Source: Planctomycetota bacterium (GTDB taxonomy: Bacteria; Planctomycetota; B15-G4). Taken from it: DNA of 64,000 nucleotides. The stretch spans positions 1,024,001 through 1,088,000 of the forward strand of contig CBDFJQ010000002.1 of assembly GCA_965248575.1 (NCBI GenBank), read 5' to 3'. The position numbers and the translations under genes are program-made. Positions 1-9,677 of the stretch are shown here, piece by piece. The stretch's first letter is position 1; the number at the start of each line of letters is the position of its first letter. Under the pieces are notes generated by a model. That model searched no databases and was not told the DNA's origin. It worked only from the letters and a program-made list of their open reading frames with translations.

Positions 1-1589
1 TTCACGGCCTGGAGCCAGATGTCGAGGCCCACGGCTGAGCGGGGCAGCGGCGCCAGGCTCAAGGCCACGGTCCCCGCGCCTGGGGCGGGCCCCTTGAAGA
101 CCGTGACCAGGCTGCTCGGGTCCAAGCCGAAGTTGTTGACCACCCCGGTGATGGGGATCGAGTCGGGAGCCAGGGCGGCCCACAAGATCACCTGGGTCGT
201 GGGGTACGACCAGATGATGGGGCTGGGCGAATCGGCCAGCGACTTGGGCGCCGTGAACTCCAGCCGCGGCCCGCTGGCGAGCCCCATGCCTCCGTCCAAG
301 ACGGCCACGCGGCCCACACCTGCGGCAAGCGCTTCCGGCTTTCCGTCACCGGTGATGTCTGCCAGGGCAGCGACAGCCGCCAGCTTCCGTTCCGACTCCC
401 ACATGGCCATGAACTGCCCGATGGTTCCGCCATGCAGGTAGACCCGCTGGTCGAGACAGCTGGAAAGCACCTCCGGCGAGCCATTGCCATCCAGGTCCGC
501 GGTGACGGCGACGGAGAACATGCTGCCGGTGTTGTAGCTGCTGGCCTCCCGACGCCAGACGGTTCCGCCGTTGAAGAGCAGCAAGACGTTGATAGCGTTG
601 TCGAAGGAGCCCACGGCGATGTCGCGCAAGCCTGTCTCGAGCGTGTCGTGCATCAAGGCCAAGGAGGTGACGTTGCGTGTCATGTCCTGGCTGGCCCAGA
701 GGCGACTGCCATCGGAACCGTCCAGGGCCAGCACGCAGGGCGCAGGTTCTGCGAACTGCCCGACCGCGACCTCGGGGATGCCATCTCCCGTGCTGTCGTC
801 CACCGCCAGCCCGACCGAGCCCGGCCCGTCAAGGGCCACTTCCCAGAGCAGCGCTCCATCGACTCCCGAAACCAGGCGAGCGAAGGGGGCCAGCTCGCCG
901 CCGACCAAGAGCACGTCCGGCGTGCCGTCGCCATCGCCATCATGAGCGAGGATCGCATCGGCCACCACATCGCCCACGGACACGCTCCAGATGTCGCTGC
1001 CATCCACTCCCGAGAGCAGCCAGCAGCCCAGCAGCCCGCCGCCGCCCGCCACAAGCAGGTCGGGCTGGCCGTCCTGACTCATGTCCGGCACCCAACACAC
1101 CGACGACACGAAGGCAGGACTGGCCGGGGTCGGGAGGGGAGCCAGGTCGCGCATCCACAGAACCCTCCCATCCGCGCTTGCGCGCACCTCGACGCGGCCT
1201 TGAAGGGACGCCATCCCCACGGCCAGCCGACCGCCCTCCACCGAGAACGCCCGCAGACTCCTGATCGCACCACCATCGGGGTGCGCGGACCAGAGCGGGT
1301 CTCCAGTCACGGAGTCCATCATGAGCAGGGTGTCGCCAGCGGCACCCGGCCCCAGGCCCAGGGCGTAGTCCGCCGCGCCGTCACCGCTCACATCGCCCAC
1401 ATCAGCGAGACAACGCCCCACCCCTGCGAGTTGCCCAGCGGACACCACCTGCGCTTCGAGCAGCCCCGGCAAGCCGCCGGCCACGGGGTCGTTCGGGGCC
1501 GACAGTGCTGCCTCGATGGACGACGGGATCAGATCGTCCGTGGGGCAGGACAGCAACACGGCCGCTGCGAGCGAGAAGGTGAGAAGCAT
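1..1589 (-). CDS. Secreted FG-GAP/PQQ-like beta-propeller repeat protein (3' end runs off the window; not in ORF track)
   Basis: Manual translation from ATG at 1589: MLLTFSLAAAVLLSC signal; repeated DVSGDGAADY, DGDGDGTPDVL, DSTGDGIPEV, DLDGNGSPEV, DITGDGKPEA Ca-binding motifs and 'SGVDG..LW' propeller blades; open to the window edge. Confidence 0.85.
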   Translation of the reverse strand, partial: MLLTFSLAAAVLLSCPTDDLIPSSIEAALSAPNDPVAGGLPGLLEAQVVSAGQLAGVGRCLADVGDVSGDGAADYALGLGPGAAGDTLLMMDSVTGDPLWSAHPDGGAIRSLRAFSVEGGRLAVGMASLQGRVEVRASADGRVLWMRDLAPLPTPASPAFVSSVCWVPDMSQDGQPDLLVAGGGGLLGCWLLSGVDGSDIWSVSVGDVVADAILAHDGDGDGTPDVLLVGGELAPFARLVSGVDGALLWEVALDGPGSVGLAVDDSTGDGIPEVAVGQFAEPAPCVLALDGSDGSRLWASQDMTRNVTSLALMHDTLETGLRDIAVGSFDNAINVLLLFNGGTVWRREASSYNTGSMFSVAVTADLDGNGSPEVLSSCLDQRVYLHGGTIGQFMAMWESERKLAAVAALADITGDGKPEALAAGVGRVAVLDGGMGLASGPRLEFTAPKSLADSPSPIIWSYPTTQVILWAALAPDSIPITGVVNNFGLDPSSLVTVFKGPAPGAGTVALSLAPLPRSAVGLDIWLQAV

Positions 1590-1625
1590 TGTGGAGTCGT
1601 CGAGTGTGCGGGAGGCTGCTTCAGT

Positions 1626-2327
1626 CTAGGTCAGATTTCGAGCCGCGACGATCCGGCGCCCGACGCGCACCCAGGTTGCGCCCTCCTCCACAGCCACGGC
1701 AAAGTCGGCCGTCATGCCCATGGAGAGTTCGCTGAGCTCGACGAGCCCCTGTGGATGCTGAGCGTTTGGCCCGTACTGCCGCTGGAGGTCCGCGAGGGTC
1801 TTGAAGACAGGCCGGACCTGCTCAGGGTCATCGGCAAGAGGGGCCATGGTCATGAAGCCCGTGAGCTTCGCGTGCTGAAGTTCGGCAGCCCGGGCCAAGG
1901 CCCCAGGGATCTCCTGGGGCTCCAAGCCGGACTTGCTGGATTCTCCGCTCACGTTCACCTGCAGCAGCAGCTCAGGGGCCCGCCCCTGCTCACCCGCGAC
2001 GCGATCGATGCGCAGCATGAGGTCCACAGAATCCACCCCATGGAACACGTCGAACAAGAGCACCGCCTTGCGCACCTTGTTGGATTGCAGGTGCCCGATG
2101 AAATGCCAGCGGAAGGCTCGCTCGTACCCCTCGAGCCGTTCGGCGGCTGCTTGGATCCGGTTTTCTCCCAGGTCCGTCACCCCGAGCGCAGCCAGGTCCG
2201 CAAACACATCCGGCGCGGCTGCCTTGGTCACCACCACCAGGCGTGCCGCGTCCGGAGCGCGGCCCGCTCGCACGCAGGCAGCGCGCATCTCACTGCGCAC
2301 CTGGTCGATCGACTGCTCAAGATTCAC
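1626..2327 (-). CDS. yggS: PLP homeostasis protein YggS/PLPBP
   Basis: LVVVTK, GENRIQ, WHFIGHLQSNKV, QVNVSGESSKSG, LSMGMTADF, EGATWVRVG; GTG start at 2327 preceded by GAGG. Confidence 0.95.
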   Translation of the reverse strand: MNLEQSIDQVRSEMRAACVRAGRAPDAARLVVVTKAAAPDVFADLAALGVTDLGENRIQAAAERLEGYERAFRWHFIGHLQSNKVRKAVLLFDVFHGVDSVDLMLRIDRVAGEQGRAPELLLQVNVSGESSKSGLEPQEIPGALARAAELQHAKLTGFMTMAPLADDPEQVRPVFKTLADLQRQYGPNAQHPQGLVELSELSMGMTADFAVAVEEGATWVRVGRRIVAARNLT

Positions 2328-2470
2328 AGAGCACCTCTTGGGTTCGTTGCCGGTTGGAATCCGCGAAGCCTCAGCATGGGAAAAGGCAGCGCGAGCCTCA
2401 TGATAGATTGAGCCCTGTCCAGCACGAGGTCCAGCACGAGCACCAAAGGTCGGATCAGCCGAACTCACCC

Positions 2471-3658
2471 ATGTCCGTCGCCGCACACTTCGCCTGGCTG
2501 TTGCTGAGCCTTTGGCCCCTTGGCTGGACCGCTGCATGGACCGCTGCATGGACCGGCTCGATCGCGCACGGCCTTGGGGCCGCCGCCGCGCCTGGTGACG
2601 TGCCGTTGCAGCACGCATGGACAGTCTCGCTGGAGGACTGGGCGCCGAGCCGGCTGCCTGCGCCCCCATCATCTCAGCGTCCTCCGGGAACCCTGATCGC
2701 CGTCCATTCAGCGGGCCCGCTGCTGCTGGTCGTCGACACGTCCGCGCGCCTGACCGCCCTGTCCGCAGCGGACGGAAGCTTGGCCTGGTCGCTCCCCCTG
2801 GACGGCAGCTTGGCGTTCCCGCCCAGCTACGCCAGCGAGTCGGAGACCGTCACCCTGTGCACGCTGCACAGCATCACCGTGCTCTCGGCACTCACCGGCG
2901 CCGTGCGAGGACGCCACCCCCTGAGCAGTCCGCCACTGGTAGCTCCCATCGCAAGCCGGGACCTGCTGTTCGTGCCCTCCTCACTCGAGAACATGCTGCT
3001 CGCCGTGTCGTTGCACGACGGCCGCCTGCTTTGGCGCTACCGCTCGCCGTCAGCATTTCGGGGCGAAACGCAGCTGCTGGAGACCGACCGTGGGAGCACG
3101 CTCTACCTGATGGGAGCGGACGGTGTCCTGCGGGCGATCCCGGCGACCACGAGCCCTCCGGAGAACCTCCGTTGGTCGCGTGATGTCGGCCAGCCCGTCG
3201 GCCCCCTGGCGCTTCAGGGCGACAACCTCTTGATTTCCAATTCACGCAACGAGCTCCTGGCCGTGGACAGCGCAACGGGCAGCTTGCGCTGGAAGCTGCC
3301 CCTGGGTTCGAGGGCGCGGGGAAGCCCCGTCGTCGCCGGGGAGGTGGTGGTGGTGGCCAGCAAGCGCGGCGTCCGAGGGGTGCGTGCTACGGACGGGCAC
3401 GTGCTCTGGAGCAGCGTCGGTCCGGAGCTGCCCATGGGCGGGCTGCATGGCTTCGTCCTCAGCCGCCGGCCATCGGGGCGACTGCTGGGCCGCTCGTCCT
3501 GGACCGGCGAGTCCTTCGAGCTGCCGCTCAAGCAGCGCGTGATGTGCGCGGCCGGCCTGGTGGTGGATTGGAGTTCGCGGCGGCGTGTGAGCACTGCCCG
3601 TCCAAGCCTGCCGCCTGGACCGGCTCCCAGGCCGGCTCTCAGGCCGGATCAGAGATGA
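2471..3658 (+). CDS. PQQ-binding-like beta-propeller protein (BamB-like), exported
   Basis: Hydrophobic N-terminus; repeated 'A(V/L)xxxDG.LxW' blades (ALSAADGSLAW, AVSLHDGRLLW, AVDSATGSLRW, VRATDGHVLW). Confidence 0.75.
   Translation: MSVAAHFAWLLLSLWPLGWTAAWTAAWTGSIAHGLGAAAAPGDVPLQHAWTVSLEDWAPSRLPAPPSSQRPPGTLIAVHSAGPLLLVVDTSARLTALSAADGSLAWSLPLDGSLAFPPSYASESETVTLCTLHSITVLSALTGAVRGRHPLSSPPLVAPIASRDLLFVPSSLENMLLAVSLHDGRLLWRYRSPSAFRGETQLLETDRGSTLYLMGADGVLRAIPATTSPPENLRWSRDVGQPVGPLALQGDNLLISNSRNELLAVDSATGSLRWKLPLGSRARGSPVVAGEVVVVASKRGVRGVRATDGHVLWSSVGPELPMGGLHGFVLSRRPSGRLLGRSSWTGESFELPLKQRVMCAAGLVVDWSSRRRVSTARPSLPPGPAPRPALRPDQR
2526..2556 (+). repeat. 12-bp tandem repeat TGGACCGCTGCA (about 2.5 copies) encoding WTAA-WTAA-WT in the N-terminal segment
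   Basis: Directly visible; in-frame. Confidence 0.7.
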
Positions 3659-4815
3659 AGCGAGGTGCGAGAGAGCGCAGACAGGACACGAGCAGCAGGA
3701 TCGAGCTCCGGCAAGGCCTCATGCGGCAAATGCAAACCGATGCGCGATGCCTTCACCAGCAGCGACGTGGGAGAAGCCGGGATCTCCAGGGTGCCCGACC
3801 GCGAAGCCACGAGTCGTACCAGCTGCTTCAGGACCCCAGCGCGGGGCGCCACATAGCGCGGCTGCCCCAGGCCTGATCCCAGCAGTCGCAGGACTTCCGG
3901 CAACCAGGACTCCGCCGTCTCGCCAGGCGGGGGCTGCCAGACGTCGCTCTGGACCACGCACCCTCGTCCCTCCGGTCGCCAGCCCTGCTCCAAGGCCTGC
4001 GCCACCCGGGTCACCCGCTCCCGCAGCCTTCGGCGGCTTTGCAGCCGCTCTCGCTCAAGGGTCAGACGATCGAGGGGAGGGCGAGCATCTCGGATCAGCC
4101 TGCGCAGGGCATTGCGCGGAATGCTCATCTCAGCATTGGTGGGGTCCTCCACAAACGGCAGGCCGCGAGCTTCCCTGCAAACCCTCAGGTCATCCCGGTT
4201 GGGCACCCGCTCTCCGAGCAGGAAGGGATGCACCAGAGCGACCTCACCGCGCAGCCGGCGCAGCGTGGGGATACCCGCTCGCGCTCGGTCGCCACGGTGG
4301 CCGCGCAGCAGATGCAGGAGCAATGTTTCCTGCGCGTCTCCCTGATGATGGGCTGCCAAGACGACGTCGACAGCACGGCGCTGGGCCTGGTCCGCCAAGG
4401 CATCCATGCGGCGCTGCCGAGCCGCCGATTCACTGCTGGGCCCTGAACCGTGGGGCGGGGGGGCCCTCAGGACCTCGCACGGGAGACCCAGCTGGCCGCT
4501 GACCTCCTGCACAAGGCGGGCGTCCTGGTCGGCGCTGGGTCGCTGGCCGTGGTGGACGTGCCCCACGAGCGGGGCAGGCTCGAGAGCGGGCGCTCCGGGA
4601 TCGCCTCGATTCCGGGCCAGCCACCAGGCGTGGACGGCACCCAACAAGGCCATGGAGTCGCTGCCCCCCGACACCGCCACCAGCAGGCGCCCGCCCTGAG
4701 GCAGCACGGCCGAAAGGCAGGCCTCCAAGAGCCGATCAGGAGAGGGCGAGTCGACGCTCGAGGCTTCGGCGTGCGACCGGTCTACGAAAGACCGAGCGGG
4801 AGTGGGTGGGCACAC
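3649..4815 (-). CDS. tilS: tRNA(Ile)-lysidine synthetase (start uncertain)
   Basis: VAVSGGSDS PP-loop, HVHHGQR, AARQRR, AHHQGDAQETLLLHLLRG, EDPTN. Confidence 0.88.
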   Translation of the reverse strand: MCPPTPARSFVDRSHAEASSVDSPSPDRLLEACLSAVLPQGGRLLVAVSGGSDSMALLGAVHAWWLARNRGDPGAPALEPAPLVGHVHHGQRPSADQDARLVQEVSGQLGLPCEVLRAPPPHGSGPSSESAARQRRMDALADQAQRRAVDVVLAAHHQGDAQETLLLHLLRGHRGDRARAGIPTLRRLRGEVALVHPFLLGERVPNRDDLRVCREARGLPFVEDPTNAEMSIPRNALRRLIRDARPPLDRLTLERERLQSRRRLRERVTRVAQALEQGWRPEGRGCVVQSDVWQPPPGETAESWLPEVLRLLGSGLGQPRYVAPRAGVLKQLVRLVASRSGTLEIPASPTSLLVKASRIGLHLPHEALPELDPAARVLSALSRTSLHL

Positions 4816-4961
4816 GGTTCACCAGCATAGCGATCAGCGGCTGGAGGGATCGCACCGGCCAGCCCCAAGCGATAGACTGCGGCTTGGCGCCGCTCCGGGC
4901 AGGTGCCGATCTTCCCGCACGCGCAGCGCGTGCTTCCCGTCGATAGGAGTGTCTCGTCCCC

Positions 4962-5966
4962 ATGGGTATTCGGGTTGGCATCAACGGATTCGGACGCATC
5001 GGCCGCACGGTCATGCGCATCATGGAAACCCGGGACGACATGGAGGTCGTGTGCATCAACGACCTCGCTCCGCCCTCCTCCCTCGCGCACCTGCTCAAGT
5101 ACGACACGGTCATGGGCCGCTTCGGCAGGGATGTCAGCGCCAGCGACGGCGAGTTGACGGTGGGTGGGCGCAGCGTGCGCGTCAGCGCCGAGCGCGACCC
5201 TTCCAAGCTGCCTTGGAAGGAGCTCAAGGTCGACTTCGTCGTGGAAGCGACGGGCATCTTCCGCAAGCGCTCGGAGATCGCAGCGCACATCGACGCCGGC
5301 GCACCCAAGGTGCTGCTCACGGTCCCGCCCAAGGACGCGATCGACGCCATGATCGTTCTGGGTGTTAACGACGAGGACCTCAAGGCCGAGCATCAGATCA
5401 TCTCCAACGCGTCGTGCACCACGAACTGCCTGGCACCCGTGGCCAAGGTGCTCGTGGACTCCTTCGGAGTGAAGCGCGGCCTGATGACCACCGTGCACGC
5501 CTACACCAACGACCAGCGCATCGCGGACCAGATCCACAGCGACATGCGTCGCGCCCGGGCCGCAGCCGCCAATATCATCCCGACCTCCACCGGTGCCGCG
5601 AAGGCCGTGGGCAAGGTCATCCCCCAGTTGGTGGGCAAGGTGGATGGCATGGCCATGCGCGTTCCCGTCATCAACGGTTCGGTGATCGACCTGGTGGCCG
5701 TGCTGGACAAGGAAGTCACACCGGACGACATCAACAGCGCCATGAAGGCTGCTGCCGATGGGCCGCTCAAGGGCATCCTCGAGTTCAGCGCAGACCCGCT
5801 GGTGTCGAGCGACGTCATCGGCAACTCCCACTCGTCGGTCTTCGATTCCCTCTCCACGATGGTGATCGACGCCAACATGGTGAAGGTCATCTCCTGGTAC
5901 GACAACGAATGGGGTTACAGCACCCGGGTGACGGACCTCATCGCAAAGGCCCACTCCATCTCATGA
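4962..5966 (+). CDS. gap: Type I glyceraldehyde-3-phosphate dehydrogenase
   Basis: INGFGRIGR, SNASCTTNCLAP, WYDNEWGYS. Confidence 0.99.
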   Translation: MGIRVGINGFGRIGRTVMRIMETRDDMEVVCINDLAPPSSLAHLLKYDTVMGRFGRDVSASDGELTVGGRSVRVSAERDPSKLPWKELKVDFVVEATGIFRKRSEIAAHIDAGAPKVLLTVPPKDAIDAMIVLGVNDEDLKAEHQIISNASCTTNCLAPVAKVLVDSFGVKRGLMTTVHAYTNDQRIADQIHSDMRRARAAAANIIPTSTGAAKAVGKVIPQLVGKVDGMAMRVPVINGSVIDLVAVLDKEVTPDDINSAMKAAADGPLKGILEFSADPLVSSDVIGNSHSSVFDSLSTMVIDANMVKVISWYDNEWGYSTRVTDLIAKAHSIS

Positions 5967-7141
5967 CCCGACGGACCGTCGACCAGCTGGATGTCGAGGG
6001 CCGTCGCGTGCTCGTCAGGCTGGACCTCAACGTTCCTTTGCAAGAGGGGCAGATCACCGACGATCTGCGTATCACCGCCGCCCTGCCCACGGTGCGTTCC
6101 ATCGTGGAGCGGGGCGGCGTCGCAGTCTGCATGAGCCACCTGGGCCGCCCCAAGGGGGTCGACGACAACCTACGCCTCGCCCCTGTGGCCGCGCGCATGT
6201 CGAAACTCCTGGAGCAACCCGTCACGTCGCTGCGGGAGACCGTCGGCGTCGAAGTCGTGGACGCCACGCGCGCCGCCGCTCCAGGTTCCGTCCTGTTGCT
6301 CGAGAACCTGCGCTTCGATCCGGGAGAAAAGAAGAACGACCCAGCCTTCGCCAGCCAGCTCGCGGCTTGTGGCGACGCCTATGTGAACGACGCCTTCGGG
6401 ACGGCCCACCGGGCCCACGCCTCGGTGGTCGGGGTGCCGTCGATCCTCGGCAGCGAGCAGTGCGCCGCCGGCTTCCTGCTCGGCAAGGAGCTGCACGCCT
6501 TTGATTGCTTGCTCGGGGAGCCTGCACGTCCTCTCGTCGCCGTGCTCGGGGGAGCGAAGGTCTCCGACAAGCTCGCCGTGGTTCAGAACCTGCTTCAACG
6601 AGTGGATGCGCTCATCGTCGGCGGAGCCATGGCGTACACTTTCCTCAAGGCGGGAGGCACCGCCGTCGGCAGCTCTCGTGTCGAAGAGGACTTCCTGGAG
6701 GAAGCAGCGCGCATCCTGACCCATGCGGAGGGGGCCGGTGTGGATCTCATGCTGCCCAGCGACCACCTGTGTGCCCCCGGCTTCGACTCCGATGCAGCCA
6801 CCCCCTGCGGCCGCGACATTCCGGACGGCCTGATGGGCCTGGACATCGGACCCCAGACTGCACAGGCCTACGCCGCAACGGTGTCCTCGGCCGGAACCGT
6901 GGTGTGGAACGGCCCGATGGGGGTCTTCGAGCGCGATGCCTACGCGGCCGGCACCCGCGCCGTGGCAGAAGCAGCCGCAGCCTCGTCCGCATACACGGTG
7001 GTGGGCGGGGGCGACAGCGCGGCCGCCGTCAAGCTCTTCGGTTTGGCTGACAAGATCAACCACGTGTCCACAGGCGGGGGAGCTTCCCTCGAGCTGCTGG
7101 AGGGAAAGACCCTTCCCGGCCTTGCCGCCCTCGACTCCTAG
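5963..7141 (+). CDS. pgk: Phosphoglycerate kinase
   Basis: [46 protein letters not shown] overlap with gap. Confidence 0.99.
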   Translation: MTRRTVDQLDVEGRRVLVRLDLNVPLQEGQITDDLRITAALPTVRSIVERGGVAVCMSHLGRPKGVDDNLRLAPVAARMSKLLEQPVTSLRETVGVEVVDATRAAAPGSVLLLENLRFDPGEKKNDPAFASQLAACGDAYVNDAFGTAHRAHASVVGVPSILGSEQCAAGFLLGKELHAFDCLLGEPARPLVAVLGGAKVSDKLAVVQNLLQRVDALIVGGAMAYTFLKAGGTAVGSSRVEEDFLEEAARILTHAEGAGVDLMLPSDHLCAPGFDSDAATPCGRDIPDGLMGLDIGPQTAQAYAATVSSAGTVVWNGPMGVFERDAYAAGTRAVAEAAAASSAYTVVGGGDSAAAVKLFGLADKINHVSTGGGASLELLEGKTLPGLAALDS

Positions 7142-7159
7142 TCCATAGGTGCACCCATC

Positions 7160-7825
7160 ATGAGTCCCCCGCCCGTTCGCATCGCCCCTTCGCTGCTCTC
7201 AGCAGACTTCGCCAACCTGGCGCGGGATGTCCGGGAGGTGGAATCCTGCGGTGCCGACTGGCTGCACGTCGACGTCATGGATGGACACTTCGTGCCCAAC
7301 CTCACCATCGGCCCGCCGGTGGTAAAGGCGCTCAAGAGGGTGGCGACCAAGCCCTTGGACGTGCACATCATGATCACGGAGCCCGAGCGCTACGCAGCGG
7401 ACTACGTGAAGGCCGGTGCGGACATCCTGACCTGCCACATCGAGACCCAACCTGGCGCGCTCGAGCTGATCCGTGAGGCGGGCGCCCGGGCGGGCTTGGC
7501 GGTCAACCCCGAGACGGACATCGCGCCGGTGCGGGACATGCTGGAGCGCGTCGACATGGTGCTGGTCATGTCGGTCCATCCGGGCTTCGGGGGCCAGTCC
7601 TTCATGCCCGAGGTGCTGCCGAAGATCGAGGCGTTGCGAGCTTGGGGCTTCCAGGGAGACATCCAGATTGATGGGGGTATCGCGCCCGGCACCATCGCTG
7701 ATGCTGCTGGCGCGGGTGCCAATGTCTTCGTGGCAGGCTCAGCAGTCTTTGGCTCCGACAACTGGGCCGATACCATCTCTACTCTGCGCGAGACGGCGGA
7801 AGCACGCCTCGGCGTCTCCACCTGA
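7160..7825 (+). CDS. rpe: Ribulose-phosphate 3-epimerase
   Basis: PSLLSADF, HVDVMDGHFVPN, MSVHPGFGGQSF, DGG. Confidence 0.98.
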   Translation: MSPPPVRIAPSLLSADFANLARDVREVESCGADWLHVDVMDGHFVPNLTIGPPVVKALKRVATKPLDVHIMITEPERYAADYVKAGADILTCHIETQPGALELIREAGARAGLAVNPETDIAPVRDMLERVDMVLVMSVHPGFGGQSFMPEVLPKIEALRAWGFQGDIQIDGGIAPGTIADAAGAGANVFVAGSAVFGSDNWADTISTLRETAEARLGVST

Positions 7826-7897
7826 TCCCCTGGCTTGATTCCTGGCTTGGCCAGCGCCGCCTTTGGGCCGCGCCCCCCTGACTCTGGAGCAGCACCG

Positions 7898-8761
7898 ATG
7901 GGTTCCCTGCCTTGGTTGCGGCACAAGAAGAAGGACATCCCGGGCGACCTCTGGGTTCGCTGCACGGGCTGCAAGCAGACGCTGTTCGGCAAGGACCTGG
8001 ACGATCAGTTCAAGGTCTGTCCGAAGTGTGGGCATCACTTCCGCATCTCCAGCCACCTGCGCATCGCCTACACCTTGGACCCTGCCACCTGGCAGGAGTT
8101 CGATGCCGGCATGGGCAGCGTCGACAGCCTCGGGTTCGTGGACGCCAAGCCCTACGCACAGAAGCTCGAAGACTCGGCCTCGCGCACGGGCCTCAAGGAG
8201 GCCATGCGTTACGGGCTGGGGCGCATCGAGGGCCACGCGGTGGTCTTCGGGGTGCTCGAGTTCCGCTTCATGGGTGGAAGCATGGGTGTGGTGGTGGGTG
8301 AAAAGGTCACCCGGGCGATCGAGCTGGCCAAGGAACGCGGCCTGCCGCTGATCCTGGTTTCCGCCTCAGGCGGGGCCCGCATGCACGAGGGCATCCTCTC
8401 GCTGATGCAGATGGCCAAGACCTGTTCGGCCCTGGCCGGGCTGCGGGAAGCAGGGGGGTTCTACATCTCGCTCTGCACGCACCCCACAACGGGCGGCGTC
8501 ACGGCCTCCTGGGCCATGACTGCCGACATCATCATGGCGGAGCCCGAGGCCTTGATCGGCTTCGCGGGCCCGCGCGTCATCGAGGGCACCATCAAGAAGA
8601 AGCTGCCACCCGGATTCCAGATGGCGGAGTTCCTTTTGGACAAGGGGCAGATCGACATGATCGTCGCCCGCCAAGAGCTTCGAGCAACCCTCGGACGGCT
8701 GCTGAACTACTTGCCGAAGCGCAAGAAGCGCGCCCTTGCGTCCAAGGGGCGGACGCCCTAG
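7898..8761 (+). CDS. accD: Acetyl-CoA carboxylase carboxyltransferase beta subunit
   Basis: LWVRCTGC..CPKCGHH zinc finger, FMGGSMG, SGGARMHEG, PTTGGV, GFAGPRVI. Confidence 0.97.
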   Translation: MGSLPWLRHKKKDIPGDLWVRCTGCKQTLFGKDLDDQFKVCPKCGHHFRISSHLRIAYTLDPATWQEFDAGMGSVDSLGFVDAKPYAQKLEDSASRTGLKEAMRYGLGRIEGHAVVFGVLEFRFMGGSMGVVVGEKVTRAIELAKERGLPLILVSASGGARMHEGILSLMQMAKTCSALAGLREAGGFYISLCTHPTTGGVTASWAMTADIIMAEPEALIGFAGPRVIEGTIKKKLPPGFQMAEFLLDKGQIDMIVARQELRATLGRLLNYLPKRKKRALASKGRTP

Positions 8762-8787
8762 ACTTCCCGCCTCACCGACAGACCGCA

Positions 8788-8864
8788 TCCCCGGTAGCTC
8801 AGTTGGTTAGAGCATCTGACTGTTAATCAGAGGGTCGTTGGTTCGAGTCCAACCCGGGGAGCCA
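8788..8864 (+). tRNA. tRNA-Asn (GTT), CCA encoded
   Basis: Acceptor TCCCCGG/CCGGGGA, anticodon arm TCTGA-CTGTTAA-TCAGA, T-loop TTCGAGT, ends GCCA. Confidence 0.98.
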
Positions 8865-9133
8865 TCGGTCTCTCGTCCTGATGGCTGGCTGGTGAGCCCA
8901 GTGGGTACAAAGCTGAGCAGCAGGGCGCCCGTCATGCCGCAGCTGCCGCTTGCGTGCTAGGACGGGTAGCTGCCCGGGCCCCTGCCTCTGCCGCCATATG
9001 GATGCCGAGACGCGGTGCTGCAACTGCCTGTTCGGATGTGAGACTCTCGTGGAAGACCCAGCTCGCTCGCTGCATCCAGCGAGCCCCCAACTCCAAGCCC
9101 CATGTCGCCCCGAAACCACCTGGCGAACCTGAC

Positions 9134-9649
9134 ATGAACATCGACTCCGTGACCACGGAAGAACTGCAGCACGAGCTGAAGCGCCGTGAGGGCCTGGCGC
9201 GCAGCCTCCTGGCAAAGCGTGAGAAGCTGGTCCAGGAGCTGCATGCGATTGATCATCAGCTGGACAGCCAGGGGGTCAACCCCGCGCCGACGTCTGCCGT
9301 GCTGTCCGCTCTCCGCCGGGTCCAGGCCGCCGGCCGTCAACGCCAGCGCTACGAAGCCCAGGTACAGGTAACGGACCCTGCCGACTCCTGGGAGGACAGG
9401 CAGTCTGCTGGCAAGGCCGAGCACTTGCCTGCCGTCGTGACGAACCTCAACACCCTGGGCCTGGGTGATGCCCTGGCGCACGTCCTCGAACCCAACGTGG
9501 TCGTGAGCCCAGCCGAAGCCTGTGAGCGCGTTCGAGCCGAAGGCTATGAGAGCAGCTCCAAGAACCTCCAGATCATGGTGAGCAACACGCTCTCCAAGGA
9601 CTTCCGCTTCAAGCGCGTCGGCCACGGCCGCTACGAACGCATCCCCTAA
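9134..9649 (+). CDS. Hypothetical protein: N-terminal coiled coil, linker and C-terminal winged-helix-like domain; candidate nucleoid-associated protein
   Basis: VTTEELQHELKRR..KREKLVQELHAIDHQL heptads; C-terminal LGDALAHVL..EACERVRAEGY..VSNTLSKDFRFKRVGHGRY. Confidence 0.75.
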   Translation: MNIDSVTTEELQHELKRREGLARSLLAKREKLVQELHAIDHQLDSQGVNPAPTSAVLSALRRVQAAGRQRQRYEAQVQVTDPADSWEDRQSAGKAEHLPAVVTNLNTLGLGDALAHVLEPNVVVSPAEACERVRAEGYESSSKNLQIMVSNTLSKDFRFKRVGHGRYERIP

Positions 9650-9677
9650 GCGCCCGGGCTCCGCGCCCACAGACACC

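Noticed and set aside
432..2411. 659-aa plus-strand ORF
   Set aside because: Antisense shadow of the FG-GAP gene and yggS; no motifs
4962..7825. gap-pgk-rpe as a Calvin-cycle cluster
   Set aside because: No RuBisCO or phosphoribulokinase in the window; ordinary central metabolism suffices
8998..9132. 44-aa Cys-rich ORF (MDAETRCCNCLFGC...) ending just before the coiled-coil/wHTH gene
   Set aside because: No RBS, atypical codon usage and no nearby modifying enzymes; cannot be supported without conservation data
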